From: Styela clava
Taxonomy: Eukaryota
DNA length: 64,000 nt
NCBI RefSeq assembly: GCF_964204865.1
Contig: NC_135251.1
Location: 13,392,001-13,456,000, forward strand
Direction of reading: 5' to 3'
Part shown: in pieces, positions 15,897 through 26,400 of the stretch
Layout of the letters: every line of letters starts with the position of its first letter
Position numbering within the stretch: the stretch's first letter is position 1
Made by a program: the position numbers and the translations under genes
Notes under the pieces: model-generated
Told to the model about the DNA's origin: nothing
The model's input: the letters and a program-made list of their open reading frames with translations, nothing else
The model's database searches: none

Positions 15897-16129
15897 TTCA
15901 ATTCGCTTACGGTTTTTATTGGTAATACATTGAAAACGAACGAACACAAAATATGTTAATAATAATTCAATTCAACAATTGGGCGATTTACCTTCTATAT
16001 ACACAATCTTTTATATATCATGTAATTCCAAATTAATAGGTCACAAAGCGCCAGACTTGAACGTTCGATTTAATTTTCATTCATGTGTATATAGTGATGA
16101 TTAATAAAAAAAAAAACGTGTAATTATTA

Positions 16130-17600
16130 GACCAAATCAATGAAATATGTACAAGCTGGTAATTATAATGTTCAATTAATCCGAACCTTGCTTAGGCTTT
16201 AATGATTGGTTCGATGAATTGATTCGAGTCCGAAGTGCTGATATCACGTATTTGAAGTCCAACATGTTTTAGATTTGTGCTCCACAAAACTATATTTCAG
16301 AATATGGTGATCAATTTCAAAACAAACGGTATGGAATATTTTTTATAAAAAAATGAAAATACCAATAAAGTTATTCTGGACTTTTTCAAAATTCCATAAT
16401 CTTGCTATAGCAAAACATAACTGCCGTGTCTCCTTAGATGCAGTATCATTGTTTACAGACGAATAAACATCACTGAGACGTCTGCAAGGTGACGCAGATG
16501 CAGCAACGTTAAATTCATCAGACCACGACATGTATTTCACCTCGATCACTAAATGGATGAAAAGTCCTGCTGAGAAATTAAACAAGTTTTGCCGGACATG
16601 CATTTCCGTCTCGTTTCCCTCAGTGCCCATGTTTATGGTATTATAGTCTATCACAAACATCAAATATCTAGATGGGAATCTACAAGAACTGAAATGCTAA
16701 TTTGACCCGAAAAGGCCATGCCTAGTTGAACAGTTTATGGATTTCACCAAATACGTAGAATTATTCTAAATCGACTCCTTGGTAAGGTTTTGTCGATGTG
16801 CTTATTTTCTTGAACATTATCCTCGAACGTTCATTTTCGTTCGTCTTTGTTTGATTCCGATCTATTATTCACAAAACAACGAGGCGCTAAAAATCCCCGC
16901 CTAAATGTTCCATTCAATTAATTTGATGTATTCAACATTGATCCAATATTCAATCCAGTTAATTACTACATCTACTGATACATCCCTTACTACGAAATTG
17001 ATGCACATGTTAGTTCATGAGAAGGCGTAATCGTGTTGCCTTTTTCTTCGGAGACTTCATTTTTCAGTGCTAAATAAGTCTGAATAGTTGCTGGTCACCT
17101 CGAAAGTGATTTCTTGTAAAAAAAATATGAATAAATTTTCACAATTTTGGATTACATTGTGAAAAACAAAGCAATAGCCATATAAAATTATATGCACGTT
17201 CTTGGCACTTATCACTTGGTACTTACTTATCTTATCAGTTCTTACAATATATATTTGTGATCACATTGATAAAATGGAATGGCGTTATCAACTTTTCATA
17301 TCACATATCATGATTTGCTTAGTTTTTATCTAAATTAAAAATAAATTGTGAATAGATACTAGCTGAATTTCAAACAATCAGAATGCTCGATGTACGATTG
17401 AAAATTATTTTTGAAGTATAGGACTTCTAATTTAGTTGAAGATACCCCAACAAAGATAACACAAATTAACTATCACAAAATTTGTAACTATGAATTTTTA
17501 TCCATCCACCAACTCAAACTTCGATTCGAAAATATTACGTGTTTATTATTTTGGGAAGTTTTTTTATTTCTAGTAATTGATATTCATTTATTCCTCCATT
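16130..17600 (-). pseudogene. Decayed multi-death-domain-like gene remnant (representative minus-strand segment; homologs in each unit)
   Basis: Frame-broken fragments: RNIFESKFELV/WIKIHSY (~17485-17540), VVINWIEYWINVEYIKLIEWNI*AG, GKRDGNACPAKLV*FL (WWKRDGNACPTKLVQF in unit 1, 2637-2690), LTLLHLRHLAD, TRQLCFAIARLW. Many stops and frameshifts. Confidence 0.45.
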
Positions 17601-20600
17601 AATTACAAATATTTTAATTTTGATTTTTGAAATTATTTAAAGGTATACAAATACATACTTGTTTATATATATATATATATATATACTATTTTTCGTCCCA
17701 ATAAACGTAAATTAGATTCTGATTTTTCATGGAACGGATTTGCCATTAGAGCCTGAGCTAACCTAGTGTGAATCGAGTCTTCCCACGTTGCACCTGTATG
17801 TGTACACAACGGACGATGCTTATTTCGCGCGGACAAAATTGCGACTTCCTTACAGATTCTTGCACCTGCAGTTACAGGAAGGTGTGGCAAACTTAGCAAT
17901 ATCTATCCGCTTGCCAATTTTACAATATCGCGCCGGGCAGATTTGAAATTTCATGTTTGTTATGTTAAAAGTTTTAGTCGCGATTTAGATTTACTGATGC
18001 GCAATTTCAAAATAAGCCTAGACATATCCCAAAATTATTCATTTTGCCTTTCTTCAATGAGTTTCTTCAATCTTGTTGTAGTCGTGGGTTGTTGCACCTG
18101 TCAGGTACCTAATTATATTTATATATGAAAATAAAATAATAATAGCCTTCTGTGAACCCGTAAATCGTTGATATGTTCTGTATCACAAACAAGTATTCAG
18201 GTAAAGAAAATCAAAATGTTATCGTTATCGTGTCATTTGTGCATGTATGGATTATTACATGTGTACGGTAATCTGACTCTCATCAAGTAATTATTTTTCC
18301 CAAAGAAAATATACAAAGCATCAAACGTCAAGATGTTCAATGCAATAAAACGTTTGTCATAGATTAGAAAAAGTAAAACCAAATGTGAATGTTATTACAG
18401 TAATGGATTAACGTAAGAAATAGAAGCTGTAAATCTGAAACATATGCGCAATGATACTAATATTATTAAATGAAAATTTACTTGTGGGTATGGTCCTTTG
18501 AAGATGTTATTAGCGATCACTACTATTCTATGTTATATATTATATATATCCACGTTGAATTTAGATTTATAAACAATTACCAAACTATTCGTTCAACATA
18601 AATATTCTTTGATGTTTTGAATTGGCAAATTATGTTTTTATCTTCACAACATGACTTGGAAATATTTCTCTCGCGGCCTGGATGCGCAACACGGCATAAG
18701 CAATATGACATTGCTATTACTTTATGATCCAAGTATCAATATCTTATGGTAGAACCATATTAATTTAGGCGTTTGATATTGGCAATAAAACTTGTTGCAT
18801 ATTTTTCGTTTCACTCTCATCTACTCTTACCATGTAATACACAATTACCTCAGTGCGGATACGTCATAGCCTACATTGTGAAATAAGAGAATATGTTGAT
18901 ATTTGAGTATAGTTGATGTTTGTATTAACGTTATATATTTGTGTGAATTGAAAAACTGAAAATTATAAGTCCTCACGACGTCATTCTAGGAGATTCGAAA
19001 ATATAAAGTTAGAGATTGATCATCATCATTGAATTGAAGGAATAATGATATCTCTTGTTCTGACACCTCTCACAACAACACAGATCTAAATCTTTTAAAT
19101 ACGAGATGTTATAAGTTTTCATTTGTATCAGGAAGTTGATTTACAGAATAATAAATAAGCTGTGGTTTGATGCAACTTTTCATCCAGTGGTCATTGAGAA
19201 AATTTCGGGTCGAATTTATGAACGTAATTTATGGAAAATTCTTCTCAACCTAAGAAAGAAAACAAAGCAGTTGTAAATTTAGGATCATTGCGCATAATAT
19301 TCCATTGAGTTGAATTAACACGACAAGATTTCGTGTTTTGCTTGAAATTCGCCTTGGATTCAATTTTTCATGCTCTGGTGAAGTCGACGCATTGTGACAT
19401 CAGCGTTCGATAAAACGGTGCACAAGACGTAAAAGCCAATATGCTCAACGTATTAAAACATTTGAACAACGATCAGAGAAAGTAAAGCCAAACGTGAATA
19501 TTATTATTATTATTACGGATTAAAGTGAGAAAAATCGCAGCTACAGGAATCACAAAATACGCGCTACTATACCAACATTTTGACAATGGTAATAATATAT
19601 ATGGTGTTATTGAATTATCTTTCTTAATGTTGTATTCAAAACTGCAACCAAATATTCATTTAAATCATCTTAGACATTGGATCTGCAGCAAAGAAGTTTG
19701 GATATAAACATTGTAACATAGATGTTCTTTAAAAAATTTAAATAAACTCAAAAAACCTAGCATCTTGATACGCAACAACATTGATTTAAAACGGAATGAC
19801 TGTAATCTATAAGTTTTGATTGGAAAACCATGTTGGAACATAATAAATAATTAGTCGTTAGGTGTCATTATAGAGCAACTTGAACAATATCAATTAGAAG
19901 CCAACCTAAAACTTTGCCTTAGAACGATATACAATTCGCCTACGGTTATTTATTGGTAATACAATGAAATCAAACGAACACAAAATATATTAATATATGA
20001 ATTCAACAAATTGTGAGATTTACCTGCTATATTTCATGTAATTCCAAATTAATAGGTCACAAAGCGCCAGACTTGAACGTTCGATTTAATTTTAGCCGTA
20101 TAGTATTTATGTGTATATAGTGATGATTATTAAAAAAACAACGTGTAATTATTAGATCAAATCAATGAAATATGTACAAGCTGGTAATTATAATGTTCAA
20201 TTAATCCGAACTTTGCTTAGGCTCTAATGATTGGTTCGATGAATTGATTCGAGTCCGAAGTGCTGATATCACGTATTTGAAGTCCAACATGTTTAAGATT
20301 TGTGCTCCACAAAACTATATTTCAGATTATGGTGATCAATTTCAAAACAAACGGTATGGAATATTTTTTATAAAAAAATGAAAATACCAATAAAGTTATT
20401 CTGGACATTTTCAAAATTCCATAATCTTGCTATAGCAAAACATAACTGCCGTGTCTCCTTAGATGCAGTATCATTGTTTACAGACGAATAAACATCACTG
20501 AGACGTCTGCAAGGTGACGCAGATGCAGCAACGTTAAATTCATCAGACCACGACATGTATTTCACCTCGATCACTAAATGGATGAAAAGTCCTGCTGAGA

Positions 20601-22347
20601 AATTAAACAAGTTTTGCCCGACATGCATTTCCGTCTCGTTTCCCTCAGTGCCCATGTTTATGGTATTATAGTCTATCACAAACATCAAATATCTAGATGG
20701 GAATCTACAAGAACTGAAATGCTAATTTGACCCGAAAATGCCATGCCTAGTTGAACTGTTTATGGATTTCACCAAATACGTAGAATTATTCTAAATCGAC
20801 TCCTTGGTAAGGTTTTGCGATGTGCTTATTTTCTTGAACATTTTCCTCGAACGTTCATTTTCGTTCGTCTTTGTTTGATTCCGATCTATTATTCACAAAA
20901 CAACGAGGCGCTAAAAATCCCCGCCTAAATGTTCCATTCAATTAATTTGATGTATTCAACATTGATCCAATATTTAATCCAGTTAATTACTACATCTACT
21001 AATACATCCCTTACTACGAAATTGATGCACATGTTAGTTCATGAGAAGGCGTAATCGTGTTGCCTTTTTCTTCGGAAACTTCATTTTTCTGTGCTTAATA
21101 AGTCTGAATAGTTGCTGGTCACCTCGAAAGTGATTTCTTGTAAAAAAAATATGAATAAATTTTCACAATTTTGAATTACATTGTGAAAAACAAAGCAATA
21201 GCCATATAAAATTATATACACGTTCTTGGCACTTATCACTTGGTACTTACTTATCTTATCAGTTCTTACGATATATATATTTGTAATCACATTGATTAAA
21301 TGGAATGGCGTTATCAACTTTTCATATCACATATCATGATTTGATTAATTTTTATCTAAATTAAAAATAAATTGTCAATAGATACTAGCTGAATTTCAAA
21401 CAATCAGAATGCTTGATGTACGATTAACAATAATTTTTAAAGTATAGGACTTCTAATTTAGTTGAAGATACCCCAACACAGAAAACACAAATTAACTATC
21501 ACAAAATTTGTAACTATGAATTTTTATCCATCCACCAACTCAAACTTCGATTCGAAAATATTACGTGTTTATTATTTTGGCGAAGTTTTTTTTATTTCTA
21601 GTAATTAATATTCATTTATTCCTCCATTAATTACAAATATTCAATTTTGATTTTTGAAATTATTTAAAGTTATACAAATACATACTTGTTTATATATATA
21701 TACTATTTTGCGTTTCAATAAATGTAAATTAGATTCTGATTTTTCATGGAACGGATTTGCCATTAGAGCCTGAGCTAACCAAGTGTGAATCGAGTTTTCC
21801 CACGTTGCACCTGTATGTGTACACAACGGACGATGCTTATTTCGCTCGGACAAAATTGCGACTTCCTTACAGATTCTTGCACCTGCAGTTACAGGAAGGT
21901 GTGGCAAACTTAGCAATATCTATCCGCTTGCCAATTTTACAATATCGCGCCGAGCAGATTTGAAATTTCATGTGTGTCATAATAAAAGTTTTTGACTCGA
22001 TTTAGATTTACTGCATGATACACATTCCAAAATAAGCCTAGACAATGCCACAAAGGTAGGCTATTAATTCGCATTTTTTTAAATGTGGTATTGAGTTCTG
22101 GCCATTTTGTAGTCGTGGGTTGGAGCACCTGTTAGGTACTTAATTTTATTTATATATGAAAATAAAATAATGATAGACTTCTGTGAACCCGTAAATCGTT
22201 GATAGAGATGATATGAGTCTGGTATTAGAAACAAGTATTCATGTAAACAAAAGCAAAATGTGTTATCGTAGTGAAGTCGCGATGCACTTGCTGCAAATCT
22301 GTTACGATCCCCTCGGGGCTAGATTTCGAAAGTTACTCGGTTCGGAG

Positions 22348-22497
22348 AGATAACGGGACGGCGATGCGGGAATGCAGATATTAATTAGTAAACAGACCGA
22401 TAATCTAAGTCGTTATCACGCTGATAACGGAGGGTATAAATCACCCAGACAATGGGCTTGAACTTCATTCTGCCTTTTGGGATCGTGTTGCATTGAG
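22348..22497 (+). promoter_or_regulatory. Candidate CDC25 core promoter and short non-coding first exon
   Basis: GATA sites at 22348, 22398, 22413 and 22422. TATAAA at 22435-22440. Inr-like TCATT with its A at 22467 (32 nt after the TATA start). Donor GAG|GTAATA after 22497 and acceptor TTCAG at 23354 upstream of the ATG. Confidence 0.5.
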
Positions 22498-23457
22498 GTA
22501 ATACCAAAGCCAGGTTTACTTTTTGATTGTGACAATGTTTTCACTAAAGGCATTCGCTGATGTGAACATTTGATAAACTTCACCAGTTGCCCGGATGAAA
22601 TTAATGGACATATATAGTTTTAGACTAGGATTGAAAGCGATATAACAAAATATTTTCTGAATGGGTATAAGTAAGTATCAAAGCATCCTTGAAAAGAATT
22701 AATTTTGATTCTGTGGGATCCGAATGGGGATTAGGAGCGACCAAAGAGTGAGAGAGAAAATAAGAGAATAAAAGAGAGAGAGAATGAGAGACCTTCGCGG
22801 TAGAAAAAAGAGTGGACATCCTCGCGATTCAGATTTGTCCTACAGCTTATACATATTTGATTGCTGACTGCTCTTCGTAGACAGTATGGAATTACAGTTT
22901 CAATCGACTATTGTGCGGTCAATGATCGTTTTTGAGAGAAGAGACATGTCAAGGCATGTTCCTTTATTTAGTGACAGATGGGAAACGAACCCTTTTCACA
23001 CATGGCATGCTTCACCAGCCTGTCAGTTCATTATGAGCAATAGCTTACTAACCAGCGTCAGATGTCTTATATTATCATTGGAATATTTAATTTCGGGGTG
23101 CTGTTCAATTCTGAGTTAACCTTAGCAGTTATCAGGTTATAGGCTATTGTTATAAGAGCTTGTCAGGCAATATATTTGTATACAGGCCTACTTATGTAGT
23201 TATGTATATTTTATTAAAATGAACTGAATGTCAGTATTGCTTTCTGGCTTTACTGAGCTGCTAAATTCATGTAAATCTGTGAATACAGGAATAGCCAAAT
23301 AGTATACAGGTATAGATCAAGAGTCCAAAAATTTCACTATATTTTTATCTTCAGATTTGTATATTTATTTGGAATTACCAAACAGCCCTCTGAGGATCTA
23401 ATTGGCCCAATCTTGAGGGCTTATAAGTAATAATATATATCTGTTTCTATCGCTGAA

Positions 23458-26400
23458 ATGACGGATTCAGGATTCTCATCTGCTGCCTCACAAAGGTCAA
23501 CATCTTCGATTATAAGATCAACTCACATAAACTCGTTTTCAAGTTCTTTGAAGACGGATATGTATAATTTGCCAACAACCAATGAGGAGAATCAGGATTT
23601 TGGCGAAAATGCTTCAATCCCAAAACCAAGCATGTCATATCCAAGTAATTTTGGAAGACCAGTCATACCAAACAGGTCAGTACAACAATCGGATAGTAAT
23701 CAAGTGTTTCATTGATGGAGTGAATCCAGAAATCTGTAAATAATGCGATAGTATATTCAGATATAACTGACTTGACATACAGTGAATACTGGAATATTAT
23801 TGATTGTAGATTATCATACCATATGTCTTCTATTTCAGATTAATTTATGGCAAAAACCATGGAGGATATTCACCTGGATTATCGCCTTTTTCAAACCCAG
23901 ACATGTCACCAATGTCAAGTTTGACATATGATTTCAAAGAACTCAACACAAGGTGAGTCAACTGTTTATATAGTTATATATAAAACAAATTCAATAATAT
24001 TTTATTTCATTATTTTATAAATTCTGAAATTTGTATTTACAGTCACAACCAATCTGCCACTCCAAGAAAACGTTTGTCTTTGTCTAGTGTTTCGAGTTTA
24101 GATTCTCCTCACCCAAATGGGTCATCATTTTTTGGTTGCAATAACCTTAGCCATGTGTCACCAGCCCCATCATCTCTTGCGTCAAGCTACAACTCACCAC
24201 ACCAGCTTGCATTAGCTGATGACGGTGAGTTCTTATGAATATAATCTCTAAAATGTATCATTTGGATAAGTAAATGGCTATAAATTCAGTAGCATGGTCA
24301 TCAAAATTTTTGTCTCATTAGAATGTTGGATGGACGTGTTTATTCAATTTTTCAAAATCGAACTTTTTCGGGTAATTAGTAACATAACTTGTTTACTAAT
24401 CCGTGCCAATTCTAAATTGGCAAATAGCAGTGACAAACATTAAGTAGAAGGTATTGTAGACTAATTATAGTATTCAAGGGTGCAGATTGTAATGCAACTG
24501 TTGCCAGGTGGCTACATTTAGTAAGTTAAGTAGCTTTTCAGATTAGCAAGTGCAAGTTTCATTTGTGCTAGTTTGTATTTGTTTCAAGTCCAATATATAA
24601 TCCTCTTTACTACTTAACTTAACTTTCTATGGCCTGTTTTCTAAAATAGGTTTGCATACGTTGTCCACAAATTTAAAAGTGTTATGATTTGAATAATATG
24701 GATATGTATGGCTGACTTTTTGTCACTGGTTGTTCATATAGCCCTCAGGGAAGATGAATTCTTCACCGAGTTATAAAAAATTGTTAAATTTGGGTTTGAT
24801 ATATTGGAATTTGGTGATAATTTGCCGCCCGCAACATAAAAGTTTTCGTTTGTACGGCGCTAACAGATTTTAAAAATCCCGCGCCGCCCAATCTCGCACT
24901 TTACTGGGAGAGCACAGATGTTTGGATAATGAGCACTCACTCTCTCGCTCTTACTCGACCGTGAATTTTATGTCTCTTTTATTATCTTCTCGTCCCATCA
25001 AATTCATTCAAGGAGCGCAGTAGCGTCTCCTCGCTGTCACAAGCAGATGGCATAGTATTTCCCTCGCAAATTCCAGCGGCAACTTGCTTAACTCTTTCGT
25101 GATTTATTGTTGTAATTCATATTCAATTATAATTAACGACGACTATCATGTTTTCAAGTAACGGGTTATAAAATAGACGGGAAAAATGTGACCCTTCGCC
25201 GGTTTTATGATGACAGTCTTCCTGCTATATAGGAAATGGCTTCGAGTTTCGTTCGGATTCTTTTTAAATTAGATCGCTTTGTATCAATGAATTATCCCCA
25301 CGTCGCTTTGTATCACACGGTATTGTGTGTTTTTCGTGACAAATTGAATTCGTTGTTGTCGGTTTAAACCGTTGATACAGTTATGAATACAAATAACGCG
25401 TCGGTGCGTCTCCCATCAAGTACGCAAATATAACATGTTTAACAAATATTTCAAATTAAATACGTTGTTTCGAATCGATAGATTCACGCCAACGTCGCCG
25501 TCTTTCAATCGCCGCAGTTCAGCGAGAAATGGTCTGAAAAGCAAATAAACAAACTTTACTATTTCGACATTTGCGCTTGACGCTCTAGCAATGTGGCGCC
25601 GAATACGCGAAGCCTTGGTCACGTCGTTGCGTGGTATAATAATTGACGCCACTTTGAATTCTCTCTTATTAGCGTGGGTACGCTAGGCTAGTCCAGACAT
25701 TTAGCGTCTCTAGCTGCGTCATTCAATTTTCAACGATATTTACCGCTCCAGGTACATTTCTGTGGTTACAAACTGAGGAGAAATTTACTGTATAGGATTG
25801 GTTTTACGGCACAATGCATTGCAATGAGAACCATATCATGCGTAAAGCAGTAAAAGATTATCATTATCTTCATATATTGGCAGTACTAAATTAGTGATGT
25901 ATTATACTGCTCCAATTAGTCACAGCGTTTCCTTGTATCTTTCCTTGTAAATGTCCCTTTAACAAAAATTCATCAATCAATATCGCCCTCTCAATTTTGG
26001 TAATGTTGAATAGGAACAAAGAAATGTGCATTCGAAACAATGAGTTTTTAATTCACTAGCAATAAACGCCCGTATTATTAGCCGATATCCATTGTTGCGT
26101 AATAAAATGCTGATGCGAAAAGAAGCTTAACATACTTAATAAAACCATTCTTTGAAGACTTAGCTATCACACCCCTTTAAAAACCAAAAGGCGATACGAC
26201 AATCTGATCTATATTATACCTAAGTTGGTAAAAGTGTTAATGTTACATGGGGATTTTACGTGGCTCACGGCATTAAATGTAGCATCATTCTTAGCGAAAT
26301 TTAGGATTTATGACGTCTTACTAGACGTGAAAGTATATTTTTTAGATTATTTGAAAAATGCGCTTGTGCACAACATAAAAAAGTCGCGAACGATCTATTA

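Larger units (their letters stand above)
1..22269. repeat. Tandem array of about 6 long units (approx. <1-3294, 3295-6373, 6374-9947, 9948-13991, 13992-18231, 18232-22269); continues left of the window
   Basis: Marker GATATTGG(C/T)xATAxAACTxGTTGCATA at ~63, 3542, 6924, 10508, 14553, 18775. Marker GCT(C/T)AGGCTxT at ~2237, 4665, 8041, 11949, 16190, 20215. Homologous short ORFs recur in the ORF track. The three right-hand units are near-identical; the left ones are more diverged and carry deletions. Confidence 0.95.

Noticed and set aside
16343-16663. 106-aa minus-strand ORF as an intact gene or Laminin-G-like domain
   Set aside because: Frameshifted in sister copies and lacking a proper start context; overlapping frames give more consistent death-domain-like motifs. 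A PF02210 search would settle it.
16380-17120. TGA-rich plus-strand frame suggesting a mitochondrial or alternative genetic code
   Set aside because: TAA stops remain, no mitochondrial gene is recognisable, and the pattern is expected opposite coding-derived sequence.
17789-18100. Repeated GCACCTG as Snail/E-box enhancer sites
   Set aside because: More simply read as conserved His-Leu codons of the decayed modules, though binding is not excluded.
1-22269. CRISPR-like, rDNA or histone repeat interpretation of the array
   Set aside because: No short repeat-spacer structure, rRNA sequence or histone ORFs.
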